Positions 24,611 through 32,000 of a stretch of 32,000 bases of DNA are shown here, one piece after another. This stretch comes from Guptibacillus hwajinpoensis. Its GTDB lineage: Bacteria > Bacillota > Bacilli > Bacillales > Guptibacillaceae. The notes beneath the pieces were generated by a model. That model saw only the letters and a list, made by a program, of their open reading frames with translations. It was not told the origin of the DNA and made no database searches. Positions within the stretch are counted from its first letter, which is position 1; the number at the start of each line of letters is the position of its first letter. The stretch covers positions 1,889,286 to 1,921,285 of the forward strand of contig NZ_CP156674.1 in the NCBI RefSeq assembly GCF_039851965.1, given 5' to 3'. A program made the position numbers and the translations under genes.

Positions 24611-25723
24611 TTACTGCCATAACTTTAATTGGTTCATTCGCTCGATAGCTTCTTCAATAGAAGGTGCAAGAAAGTTAATGTGACCCATTTTCCGATTCTG
24701 CTTCGCTTCGTCTTTTCCATATAAATGAAGCTTTGCGCTGCCAATTGCAGAGATGTTCTCCATTAGCGGATTCACATGCTGGCCGAGCAAATTTCCCATT
24801 ACCACGGGTTTTAACAGCTCCGTTCTTCCTAGCGGCAATCCGCAAATCGCGCGAATATGCTGCTCAAACTGCGATGTTTCACAGGCCTCCATCGTATAAT
24901 GACCCGAGTTGTGAGGTCTTGGTGCAACCTCATTTACGTAAATCTCACTATCGTCAAGAAATAGTTCAACGCCAAGCGTTCCAACAAGCTGCAAATGGTT
25001 CGCAAGCTGTTTTCCAATTTCACTCGCTTTGTTTTTCACTGCATCACCAACTCGTGCTGGCACAATCGTTTGATGAAGAATATTATTTACATGAATGTTC
25101 TCACCAACAGGGAATGTCGTTGTTTCTCCCGTCACGCTTCGTGTCACAATGACGGATAATTCCTTTTGAAACGGGACCCAGCTTTCAAGGATGCACGGGA
25201 CCTCAGGAAATTCAAGCGTGTTAGCGTCTTCCGAACTTTTTAACACCCACTGACCTTTTCCATCATAACCACCTGTACGTGTTTTCAATACAGAAGGAAA
25301 TCCGATTGTCTTGAGTGCTTCCTGAAGATCTTCTTCTGAATTAACCGCTTCAAAAGGGGCTACCTTTAAACCAGAATGCTGAATGCTAGTTTTCTCTACA
25401 AAACGATCCTGCGTAATCCTCAGCAGCTCGCCCCCTTGAGGCATATACGCATTTTCTTCTAGCCATCTAGCTGTTTCGTGCGTTATATTTTCAAATTCGT
25501 AAGTAATTACATCACTTATGCTCGCAAGCTTTTCTGCTCCATCAAGATCATCGTAACCACTCACAACCTCTTGATCAGCTACCTGACCACACGGTGAATC
25601 ACTTTTTGGCTCTAGCACCGCAATATGATAGCCCATCTCCCTCGCCTTCAGCGCCATCATTCTACCAAGCTGGCCACCACCCAGAATTCCGATCGTGCTT
25701 CCCGGTAAAATAGTCTTACTCAT
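24611..25723 (-). CDS. purK: N5-carboxyaminoimidazole ribonucleotide synthase
   Basis: [15 protein letters not shown]-grasp protein; 4-nt overlap with purE. Confidence 0.96.
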   Translation of the reverse strand: MSKTILPGSTIGILGGGQLGRMMALKAREMGYHIAVLEPKSDSPCGQVADQEVVSGYDDLDGAEKLASISDVITYEFENITHETARWLEENAYMPQGGELLRITQDRFVEKTSIQHSGLKVAPFEAVNSEEDLQEALKTIGFPSVLKTRTGGYDGKGQWVLKSSEDANTLEFPEVPCILESWVPFQKELSVIVTRSVTGETTTFPVGENIHVNNILHQTIVPARVGDAVKNKASEIGKQLANHLQLVGTLGVELFLDDSEIYVNEVAPRPHNSGHYTMEACETSQFEQHIRAICGLPLGRTELLKPVVMGNLLGQHVNPLMENISAIGSAKLHLYGKDEAKQNRKMGHINFLAPSIEEAIERMNQLKLWQ

Positions 25724-26205
25724 AACGTATCACTACTTTCGATAACTGCTTCTTTCATTTTGCTACGATAACTTGCAAGCTCTCCTTCGATCACTTCATC
25801 ATTCGTGCTAAGAATCTGTGCAGCGAGAAGCCCTGCGTTCTTCGCTCCCGCTTTCCCAATTGCCACTGTCGCGACTGGCACTCCTCCTGGCATTTGAACA
25901 ATCGAAAGCAATGAGTCGAGACCGTTCAATGTGCGAGATTGCACTGGCACTCCAATCACTGGAAGAGTCGTTTTCGAAGCAACCATCCCCGGTAAATGTG
26001 CTGCGCCACCAGCTCCGGCAATAATTACTTTAAGACCGCGTTCTCTTGCTGTTTCTGCATATTCAAACATTAATTCAGGTGTTCTGTGTGCTGATACAAC
26101 CTTCTTTTCAAATGGTACATTGAGCTCTTCTAGTATTTCACAGGTGTGCTTCATCGTCTCCCAATCTGATGTGCTTCCCATAATTACGCCGATTTTGGCT
26201 GTCAT
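25720..26205 (-). CDS. purE: N5-CAIR mutase
   Basis: [14 protein letters not shown]...SAHRTP...[10 protein letters not shown]; GGGAGGAATAGC precedes the ATG. Confidence 0.97.
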   Translation of the reverse strand: MTAKIGVIMGSTSDWETMKHTCEILEELNVPFEKKVVSAHRTPELMFEYAETARERGLKVIIAGAGGAAHLPGMVASKTTLPVIGVPVQSRTLNGLDSLLSIVQMPGGVPVATVAIGKAGAKNAGLLAAQILSTNDEVIEGELASYRSKMKEAVIESSDTL

Positions 26206-26255
26206 GCTATTCCTCCCTCAGTGAAGGTGCTAATTCGTCTAAATAGTCAAAATAT

Positions 26256-26314
26256 AATAGAAAAGCCCGAGGTAGAATTCTCCTATTTACTTAGAAGAAG
26301 CTTCTACCTCGGGC
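26256..26314 (-). terminator. Riboswitch expression-platform terminator in the pur leader
   Basis: Minus-strand 13-bp stem GCCCGAGGTAGAA/TTCTACCTCGGGC (26314-26302 pairs with 26277-26265), followed by TTTTCTATTATATTTT. The stem shares the CTACC segment with the aptamer, consistent with mutually exclusive folds. Confidence 0.85.
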
Positions 26315-26361
26315 GAAAACACATCCATCCTGTTCTGCACATACGCAAAACACGACTTTCC

Positions 26362-26432
26362 CCCTCATAGTCCGACGATTAATGGTCGTCAGGTAGAAAC
26401 TTATGGGCCTTATTCCCAAGATTATATGAGGT
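26362..26432 (-). promoter_or_regulatory. Purine (guanine-type) riboswitch aptamer
   Basis: Minus strand reads CCTCATATAATCTTGGGAATAAGGCCCATAAGTTTCTACCTGACGACCATTAATCGTCGGACTATGAGG. This matches the xpt/pur G-box core (TATAAT..GGGAATA.GGCCC..AAGTTTCTACC...CCGT/ATTAA...GACTATG), with a C at the specificity position as in guanine sensors. Confidence 0.92.
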
Positions 26433-26452
26433 ATCCTTTTTGCTCTTCTTTC

Positions 26453-26482
26453 ATAGTAACAAGAGCCACGTTCAACTGTCAA
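26453..26482 (-). promoter_or_regulatory. Sigma-A promoter of the pur operon
   Basis: Minus strand reads TTGACA (26482-26477), an 18-nt spacer, then TACTAT (26458-26453), about 20 nt upstream of the aptamer. Confidence 0.7.
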
Positions 26483-26483
26483 C

Positions 26484-26530
26484 GAAAAATCGAACGATGT
26501 GTTTTATATTTAGTGTAATGTTCGTGTTTT
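26484..26530. promoter_or_regulatory. PurR operator: two inverted PurBoxes
   Basis: GAAAAATCGAACGAT (26484-26498, + orientation) and AAAACACGAACATTA (reverse complement of 26516-26530) are separated by 17 bp. They lie just upstream of the -35 element, as in the B. subtilis pur control region (PurBox AWWWCCGAACWWT). Confidence 0.75.
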
Positions 26531-26723
26531 ACTTTAACTTTCCTTCAAATACAATTTTCTGTCCACAAAGCTGCGGTTGTTTAGAACCTTTGCCTTCTCT
26601 GAAGACAGGTTCTTCACGACGTCTTACGGGCATGTACCCCTCGTCATCCATTCGTTTTAAGCAGTCAGAAAGGGATTCGTTCTCATGAACCTCAAATTTC
26701 TTTTTCTTTGGCTTTTTTTCCAT
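26529..26723 (-). CDS. yebG: NETI-motif family small protein (YebG-like), 64 aa
   Basis: [32 protein letters not shown] matches the NETI-family pattern. Its position between yebE and purE matches B. subtilis. The SD GGAGGTAA lies within the end of yebE. Confidence 0.75.
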   Translation of the reverse strand: MEKKPKKKKFEVHENESLSDCLKRMDDEGYMPVRRREEPVFREGKGSKQPQLCGQKIVFEGKLK

Positions 26724-26726
26724 ACA

Positions 26727-27260
26727 TTACCTCCGAATTTTTCTAACCCAGAATCCACCCTGGAAGGTACGGGGCTCATATGAGATAACGAAGGCTTTCG
26801 GATCAAGTTCCTCGATGGCCTGATAGAGCTTTCGTTCAGATTTACGTGACGTTAGCACCTGCATGACGAGGCGCTCGCCCTGACGACCGTGTGCTAAATA
26901 GTGGGTAACACCATAGCCAATGTCTCTTAATTTATTAGGAATATCATCTTCAAGCTTCGTTGTAATAGCATTTACTGTAATATATCCGAGTGCCAGGTAT
27001 TCTTCAATTTTCATTCCTACTATTATACCCACACCAAAACCTAGGGCATAAGCAATTACGTTCTGAATTTGCCCAAGATTATCGAGGACAAGACCAAGTC
27101 CAATAACATATATCGCAATTTCGATTGTTCCTGCAAATGCTGCAAGGTACCGCTGCCCTTTAAGCGTTAGTATCGTACGCATCGTGAGAAACGATACATA
27201 AACGATATTAATTGCAAAAATGGTAGCAACCATGCCAAGACTACTATCAAGCATGTCCAT
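26727..27260 (-). CDS. yebE: UPF0316/DUF2179 membrane protein (YebE-like), 177 aa
   Basis: Three N-terminal TM segments plus a C-terminal soluble DUF2179-like domain; synteny yebE-yebG-purE. Confidence 0.75.
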   Translation of the reverse strand: MDMLDSSLGMVATIFAINIVYVSFLTMRTILTLKGQRYLAAFAGTIEIAIYVIGLGLVLDNLGQIQNVIAYALGFGVGIIVGMKIEEYLALGYITVNAITTKLEDDIPNKLRDIGYGVTHYLAHGRQGERLVMQVLTSRKSERKLYQAIEELDPKAFVISYEPRTFQGGFWVRKIRR

Positions 27261-27603
27261 CCTCCTTCTTCCTTATCGTTCAAACATGGAACTTTCCCTA
27301 GCATAACACGAGAAAACCTGTAACCGCATTCGATATTTCTCGAATTAAATTAAAAAGTTTCGACTATTTTTCCATGCTTTCCCCTTTCCTGTACCATTCA
27401 CTTCTTATAATGATTTAAACCACATTTTCATTCTTCTTTACAAGCCTTTGTTAACGTACGATTTTGAGATTTGGCTCATGGACGCTCAAGAGGAAGAATC
27501 TGAGTAGAGCCCAGTATCGTTGTAATAACACTATTAACTAACAGAGCCTTTAACAAAGAAAGACCTGGTGCATATACTGGGAAAAAGCCCAGGAGGGGAA
27601 TTC

Positions 27604-28044
27604 ATGGGAGACTATTGGAGTCAAATGTATGACTGGCGTAATAAAATGAATAAATTCATGGGAGATGACTTCTGGACGGATTTTCAGGATATGTTTGTAT
27701 CAAATGGTCCACTGGTAAATCTCTATGAATCTGGAAACGAGCTTATTTGCACCGTTTATCTTCCCGGTGTTAAAAACCTGGATGATGTTGATGTTTATAT
27801 CCATTACCGTACTTTGAAAGTAAAAGGTCAGACGAACATCACACTAAAAGGGTATCGCAATGTTCAGGAAGAGTATAAACATGGTCCTTTCGAACGAATC
27901 GTAGAGCTTCCATTTCCAGTCCGTGAAAAACCAATTGATGCTACTTACAAAAGAGGAATCCTGATGATTCATTTGCATCGGCTCATTGAGTCAAAGGAAA
28001 ATCGGAAGCGTTTGAAGATTAGCGACGAGGAATCAGAAGAATAA
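27604..28044 (+). CDS. Hsp20/alpha-crystallin domain protein (possibly CotP/CotM-like), 146 aa
   Basis: ACD-like core (PLVNLYESGNELICTVYLPG...YKHGPFERIVELPFPV...ATYKRGILMIHL). AGGAGGGGAATTC precedes ATG 27604; the track start at 27568 is unsupported. Confidence 0.75.
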   Translation: MGDYWSQMYDWRNKMNKFMGDDFWTDFQDMFVSNGPLVNLYESGNELICTVYLPGVKNLDDVDVYIHYRTLKVKGQTNITLKGYRNVQEEYKHGPFERIVELPFPVREKPIDATYKRGILMIHLHRLIESKENRKRLKISDEESEE

Positions 28045-28092
28045 AAAAGCCTGAGCTACCGTTAAGATAAAACGATAGCTCAGGCTTTTTTA
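28043..28092. terminator. Bidirectional terminator between the Hsp20 gene and ureH
   Basis: AAAAAAGCCTGAGCTA...TAGCTCAGGCTTTTTTA, an 11-bp GC-rich stem with an A-run and a T-run on either side. Confidence 0.85.
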
Positions 28093-28096
28093 TTCC

Positions 28097-28732
28097 TTAT
28101 AAGAATGTAAACAACCCATCGGTAATTCCTATTCGATAAATATAATAGAACCCAAAACCAACTGATAGCATACCAGTTGCCAGGGTCAACTGATGATTCA
28201 GCTTTATTTGTCGCCTTGTAGCTACAAATGGAATACCGAGAATCGTAGTAAAGCAAAGCATTCCAGCACATGTGCCAAGTCCAAATACAAGAATATAAAC
28301 TGCTCCCTGAAAGAGTGTTTCAACTGTACTCATCGTTAGCAAAACCATCGCGGCACTTCCTGCTAGACCATGGATAAATCCAATCATTCCTGACTGTAAG
28401 TAGCTTTTGCTCCCTTTCAATCCGGTGTTTGCTGTTTTGGTTAGTAATGTTTTTATTCCAAGAAATACAAGCATAAATCCAACTAGCATTTCAAGCGACA
28501 TTGCCCATTTATCTGTTATGGTTGCGTTAAATATAAATAAAAGCATCCCAACAAGAAAGAGTGTTGCGGTATGGCCAATTCCCCAATAAACACCCGCTAG
28601 TGAAGACTTCCATAAACTCCGTGTCTTACTCGCGATCGTCGAAACAGCAATCACATGATCTGGTTCAATGGCATGCTTTATTCCAAGTAAAAATCCGATA
28701 GCTAAAATCGATAGTAAACTAGCATCCATCAT
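28097..28732 (-). CDS. ureH: Nickel permease, UreH-like (NiCoT-related), ~211 aa
   Basis: Multi-TM protein with an HX4DH-type motif (KHAIEPDHVIAV). It is the last gene of the urease cluster, as in Bacillus sp. TB-90 ureABCEFGDH. AAGGGGGGA precedes ATG 28732; the track start at 28813 would overlap ureD. Confidence 0.7.
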   Translation of the reverse strand: MMDASLLSILAIGFLLGIKHAIEPDHVIAVSTIASKTRSLWKSSLAGVYWGIGHTATLFLVGMLLFIFNATITDKWAMSLEMLVGFMLVFLGIKTLLTKTANTGLKGSKSYLQSGMIGFIHGLAGSAAMVLLTMSTVETLFQGAVYILVFGLGTCAGMLCFTTILGIPFVATRRQIKLNHQLTLATGMLSVGFGFYYIYRIGITDGLFTFL

Positions 28733-28748
28733 TTGTCCCCCCTTACCA

Positions 28749-29555
28749 CTATTTCCGCCAGGATATAGCGCTTCTGTTGTTTGTGTTGTGTATAAATTTT
28801 TCTGTAGCTGCAAATATTTTTTCTATAACAGCTGTCCGCTTTGCTAGAATTCTGAGGCAAACACCTGGAACCTGTAACAACGATAGACCAAAATGAGCCT
28901 CCCTGAACGAAGCAAGGTACTCTCTTAGATTCTCGACCCATTCAGCTGTTACCTCCTCATGAATGAAGAACATTGAACCAATATGTGTGTTTCCCTCTAA
29001 CTGAAGCAATTGCATCACGCCTTCATCCGGTTTAAGACGCAAATGATCATAAACCACTAACTTCCCACCCTGATAAACCTTCAATTTTGAAGTAACACAA
29101 GTAAACGAGAATAACTCTCCTTCTTTCGACCACCCCGGTGTCAAGATATCTGTTAAAAAGAAGACGGCGCTTTTATCCATATGCAATTCCGTTTCCTGTA
29201 TAAAGCGTGCATCCTTGTAGGCAATTAGCGGATCCTGCTTCATATGTAATTCACTATTTTCTTCTAGCTTATAACGAGCCTGCTGCACCACTTGTTTATT
29301 TGGCGTTTTATACACTTTGGTTGAGGCCTGTGTCGTAACAGCTAATTTAGCGTTCTCGTTTACGTTAATTTCCATATAGTAGGTATCACCATCGACATAC
29401 CCACCACCTACATGAATGAGTTGAACGAGAGGCAGACCTGCTTCTGTATATGTTGGGCGTGAAATCTTAAACACTCCGTTGTAGTAGGTATCTGAAAGCA
29501 CAGATTTCCCGTATCGCTCAGATGCTTCTAGCTGAATGTAGCCTGTGTAGGTCAC
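28749..29555 (-). CDS. ureD: Urease accessory protein UreD
   Basis: 268 aa. Positioned after ureG, with a GTGA start/stop overlap with ureG. Confidence 0.85.
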   Translation of the reverse strand: MTYTGYIQLEASERYGKSVLSDTYYNGVFKISRPTYTEAGLPLVQLIHVGGGYVDGDTYYMEINVNENAKLAVTTQASTKVYKTPNKQVVQQARYKLEENSELHMKQDPLIAYKDARFIQETELHMDKSAVFFLTDILTPGWSKEGELFSFTCVTSKLKVYQGGKLVVYDHLRLKPDEGVMQLLQLEGNTHIGSMFFIHEEVTAEWVENLREYLASFREAHFGLSLLQVPGVCLRILAKRTAVIEKIFAATEKFIHNTNNRSAISWRK

Positions 29556-30169
29556 TGCTCAAGCCCTACAAAAAAGGCCTGCTCTTTAATCCAATTCACC
29601 ACACCAGAAACTCCAGTTTCATCTTTTAAGTTGGTGAAGAAAAATGGACGATCCCCTCTCGATTTCAGGGTATCCTCTCGCATGACATCAAGATTCGCAC
29701 CAACATAAGGAGCAAGGTCTGTTTTATTAATAATAAAAAGGTCAGACTTAATCATTCCCTGACCACCTTTGCGAGGGATTTTTTCCCCTTGAGCCACATC
29801 GATAATGTAAATCGAGAAATCAACAAGCTCCGGGCTAAACGTGGCAGCGAGGTTATCGCCACCGCTCTCGACAAAGATCAGATCAAGATTGGCATGACGT
29901 TCATTTAACTCGTCAATTGCCGCAAAATTCATGGATGCATCTTCTCGAATCGCCGTGTGCGGACACCCACCTGTTTCAACTCCAATAATCCGATCAGAAG
30001 GCAAGATGCCATTCTTATTTAAAAACATTGCATCTTCTTTAGTATATATATCATTGGTAATGACAGCCATACTAAACTCATTATTCATAGCTCTAGTTAA
30101 ACGATCGACTAAAAGCGTTTTACCTGCTCCAACCGGTCCACCGATCCCAATTCGGATTGGTTCACTCAT
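29552..30169 (-). CDS. ureG: Urease accessory GTPase UreG
   Basis: P-loop GGPVGAGKT, the metal-binding motif GGCPH ([13 protein letters not shown]), and NKTDL. Confidence 0.96.
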   Translation of the reverse strand: MSEPIRIGIGGPVGAGKTLLVDRLTRAMNNEFSMAVITNDIYTKEDAMFLNKNGILPSDRIIGVETGGCPHTAIREDASMNFAAIDELNERHANLDLIFVESGGDNLAATFSPELVDFSIYIIDVAQGEKIPRKGGQGMIKSDLFIINKTDLAPYVGANLDVMREDTLKSRGDRPFFFTNLKDETGVSGVVNWIKEQAFFVGLEQ

Positions 30170-30186
30170 TTCCAGATCATCCTTTC

Positions 30187-30885
30187 TTAGCTCATAAATA
30201 AACGTACATTGATTGCCTCATGTTGCATTTGTGCGATCTCAAGACCTGGTGCACCGATGCCAAATTCATATTCGCTAAGCGACATCACACGCTCCACCAC
30301 TTCACTTAGAAGAGGTTGGATATCAACGAGAATTTGCTGACCTTCAGTTTGTCCAAGCGGAACACCCCGGACCGCATTTTGCACAAGCGATGATGCTGTC
30401 GCAAATCCGTAACACGAAATAGCTGTCTCTACATCGATACCAAGTTGCTTGGAAACAATCGCAAACACAAGCGCACTATGTCCGTAGACTTTTTTCTTCT
30501 TCAATCCGTCTTTGTATTGATTAAATATCGGACTCGGATAAAGCGTCGATACAACTTTCACAAGTCGATCGCCAATTCTACGATTTCCTTCCCGCGTTTC
30601 CCTCGCCATCCCAAGCGCATACAACAATTGATCCAGTTCGAAGAGATGGTCAATATTACCGTTCACTAGCGATTCATACGCTAATCGACAAGCTAAGCCA
30701 TCTGTGTAAACAAGCTGGTTAGTTAAGAAAAGCTCAAGAGCATGCTGGAATGAGGCGCTGTCATGAATCGTTCCATTAGCAATATACGTTTCTAAACCAA
30801 AGGAATGCGAGAAGGCCCCTGATGGAAACTGCGAATCGCTTAATTGAAGAATAGGAAATAGCGTGTTACTCATGGTCATGGCCAA
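30187..30885 (-). CDS. ureF: Urease accessory protein UreF
   Basis: [20 protein letters not shown] is typical UreF. The start is uncertain (TTG 30885, ATG 30879 or ATG 30873); all options overlap the ureE end. Confidence 0.9.
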   Translation of the reverse strand: MAMTMSNTLFPILQLSDSQFPSGAFSHSFGLETYIANGTIHDSASFQHALELFLTNQLVYTDGLACRLAYESLVNGNIDHLFELDQLLYALGMARETREGNRRIGDRLVKVVSTLYPSPIFNQYKDGLKKKKVYGHSALVFAIVSKQLGIDVETAISCYGFATASSLVQNAVRGVPLGQTEGQQILVDIQPLLSEVVERVMSLSEYEFGIGAPGLEIAQMQHEAINVRLFMS

Positions 30886-31312
30886 TATATTTAAAAGCTT
30901 CTTTCATTTTTCGCTTTTCAATGGTGTGTGGTACATTCAGTTCAGTCAACAACTGAACAACAAGGTAATCATGTTGAATAATCATCTCTTCCCCTTCAAA
31001 TTGAGCTGGCAAATGACGATTGCCGAGCATATGCGCCACTTCCCCCATCTGCTTAATAGATGTTGGGCGAATCGCAATCACTTCATCTTCCATTACACTG
31101 ACGACAATCATATTATCGTCAGTGCGATAAAGAATATCACCATCAACTAAATCCTTCGGTTTTGACAGTCGAATTCCAAGCTCATTTCCATGATCGGTTT
31201 TCACGCGTTGAATCCGCTTTACAAGTTCATCACTGCGAAGATAGACTCTCTCAATATGCGATTGCATAGCTTTTTCATCACGTATGTTTCCTTTAACCTC
31301 ACTAATAATCAT
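30866..31312 (-). CDS. ureE: Urease accessory (nickel chaperone) protein UreE, 148 aa
   Basis: Conserved GNRH motif (AHMLGNRHLP). GAGGTGG SD. The C-terminus is a short GHDHE rather than a long His tail. Confidence 0.9.
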   Translation of the reverse strand: MIISEVKGNIRDEKAMQSHIERVYLRSDELVKRIQRVKTDHGNELGIRLSKPKDLVDGDILYRTDDNMIVVSVMEDEVIAIRPTSIKQMGEVAHMLGNRHLPAQFEGEEMIIQHDYLVVQLLTELNVPHTIEKRKMKEAFKYIGHDHE

Positions 31313-31324
31313 CTCTTTACCACC

Positions 31325-32000
31325 TCAAAATAAAAAGTATCGTTGCGCCAGTGGAACACTAGTAGCCGGTTCACACGTAATCAGTTCTCCATCCACTACT
31401 ACTTCATACGTCTCAGGATCAACCTGAATATCTGGAGTCTCCCCGTTGTACTTCATATCTTTCTTTCTAAGCTTTCGTATGTTCCGAACAGGTTTGATGA
31501 CCTTTTGGAGTCCAAGTTTTTCATGAACTCCTTTATCAATCGCTACCTGCGATAAAAAGGTAATGGATGTTTTCGATTTCGCTTTCCCGTATTGACCGAA
31601 CATCGGCCTGTAAAGAGCTGGCTGTGGAGTAGGAATAGAAGCATTCGGATCTCCCATTACACTCCAGGCGATCATCCCGCCTTTCAGAATTTGCTCGGGC
31701 TTCACCCCGAAAAAGGCCGGCTTCCATAAAACCAAATCAGCTAACTTTCCTACCTCGATCGATCCTACTTCCTCAGAAATTCCATGAGCAATCGCAGGGT
31801 TGATCGTGTATTTCGCTATATATCGCTTCACTCGTTCATTATCGTTCTCGGCCCGTAACGGTAATGCACCACGCTGTCTTTTCATTTTATCCGCCGTTTG
31901 CCACGTTCTCGAAATCACTTCTCCTACGCGTCCCATCGCCTGTGAATCTGAACTAATAATGCTGAAGACACCCATATCATGTAAAATATCTTCCGCCGCA
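31325..32000 (-). CDS. ureC: Urease alpha subunit, C-terminal ~225 codons (continues beyond window end)
   Basis: ...[22 protein letters not shown]...[10 protein letters not shown]...GKLADLVLW...QRYFLF is the conserved UreC C-terminus. The frame is open to base 32000. Confidence 0.95.
   Translation of the reverse strand, partial: AAEDILHDMGVFSIISSDSQAMGRVGEVISRTWQTADKMKRQRGALPLRAENDNERVKRYIAKYTINPAIAHGISEEVGSIEVGKLADLVLWKPAFFGVKPEQILKGGMIAWSVMGDPNASIPTPQPALYRPMFGQYGKAKSKTSITFLSQVAIDKGVHEKLGLQKVIKPVRNIRKLRKKDMKYNGETPDIQVDPETYEVVVDGELITCEPATSVPLAQRYFLF

Noticed and set aside
26291-26482. 63-aa minus-strand ORF upstream of purE
   Set aside because: It covers the guanine riboswitch aptamer and the upper arm of the terminator stem, so the sequence is explained by RNA structure, and it has no SD.
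28733-28813. N-terminal extensions suggested by the ORF track (ureH to 28813, gatC to 1022, pcrB to 10504, Hsp20 from 27568, znuA from 3246, yerA to 13021)
   Set aside because: In each case an internal start with a proper SD matches the expected family N-terminus. The extension overlaps the upstream gene or lacks an RBS.

Overview
This window looks like conserved core chromosome from a Bacillaceae-type Firmicute, and I found no convincing novel multi-gene system such as defence, toxin or mobile-element cargo. The acid-rich exported proteins hint at a halotolerant lineage, but that is a weak inference. Almost every gene is on the minus strand. In minus-strand transcription order from the high-coordinate end, the content is as follows. 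(1) A urease cluster ureC(partial)-E-F-G-D plus a ureH-like nickel permease. (2) A convergent Hsp20-family gene. (3) yebE and yebG homologues. (4) The complete 12-gene purine operon purEKBCSQLFMNHD, with its sigma-A promoter, paired PurBoxes and a guanine riboswitch with terminator. (5) A DUF2892 gene. (6) A yerA-like adenine deaminase and the TrpR-like yerC. (7) pcrB-pcrA-ligA-camS(yerH). (8) A solitary zinc-binding lipoprotein gene preceded by a Zur box. (9) A PutP/OpuE proline symporter. (10) gatC and the start of gatA. Gene order closely follows the B. subtilis pur-yer-pcrA-ligA-opuE-gatCAB neighbourhood. The items worth a second look are small. They are two short hydrophobic ORFs below the ORF-track cutoff, each with a good Shine-Dalgarno site: one coupled to putP, and one convergently overlapping purD inside the pur 3' UTR. 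The others are a structured tandem repeat between yerC and pcrB, an orphan Zur-controlled ZnuA-like gene, a LexA-box-like site on a strong pcrA promoter, and a ~500-bp AT-rich ORF-free spacer. All functional calls rest on my reading of the translations, motifs and synteny; no database search was run.
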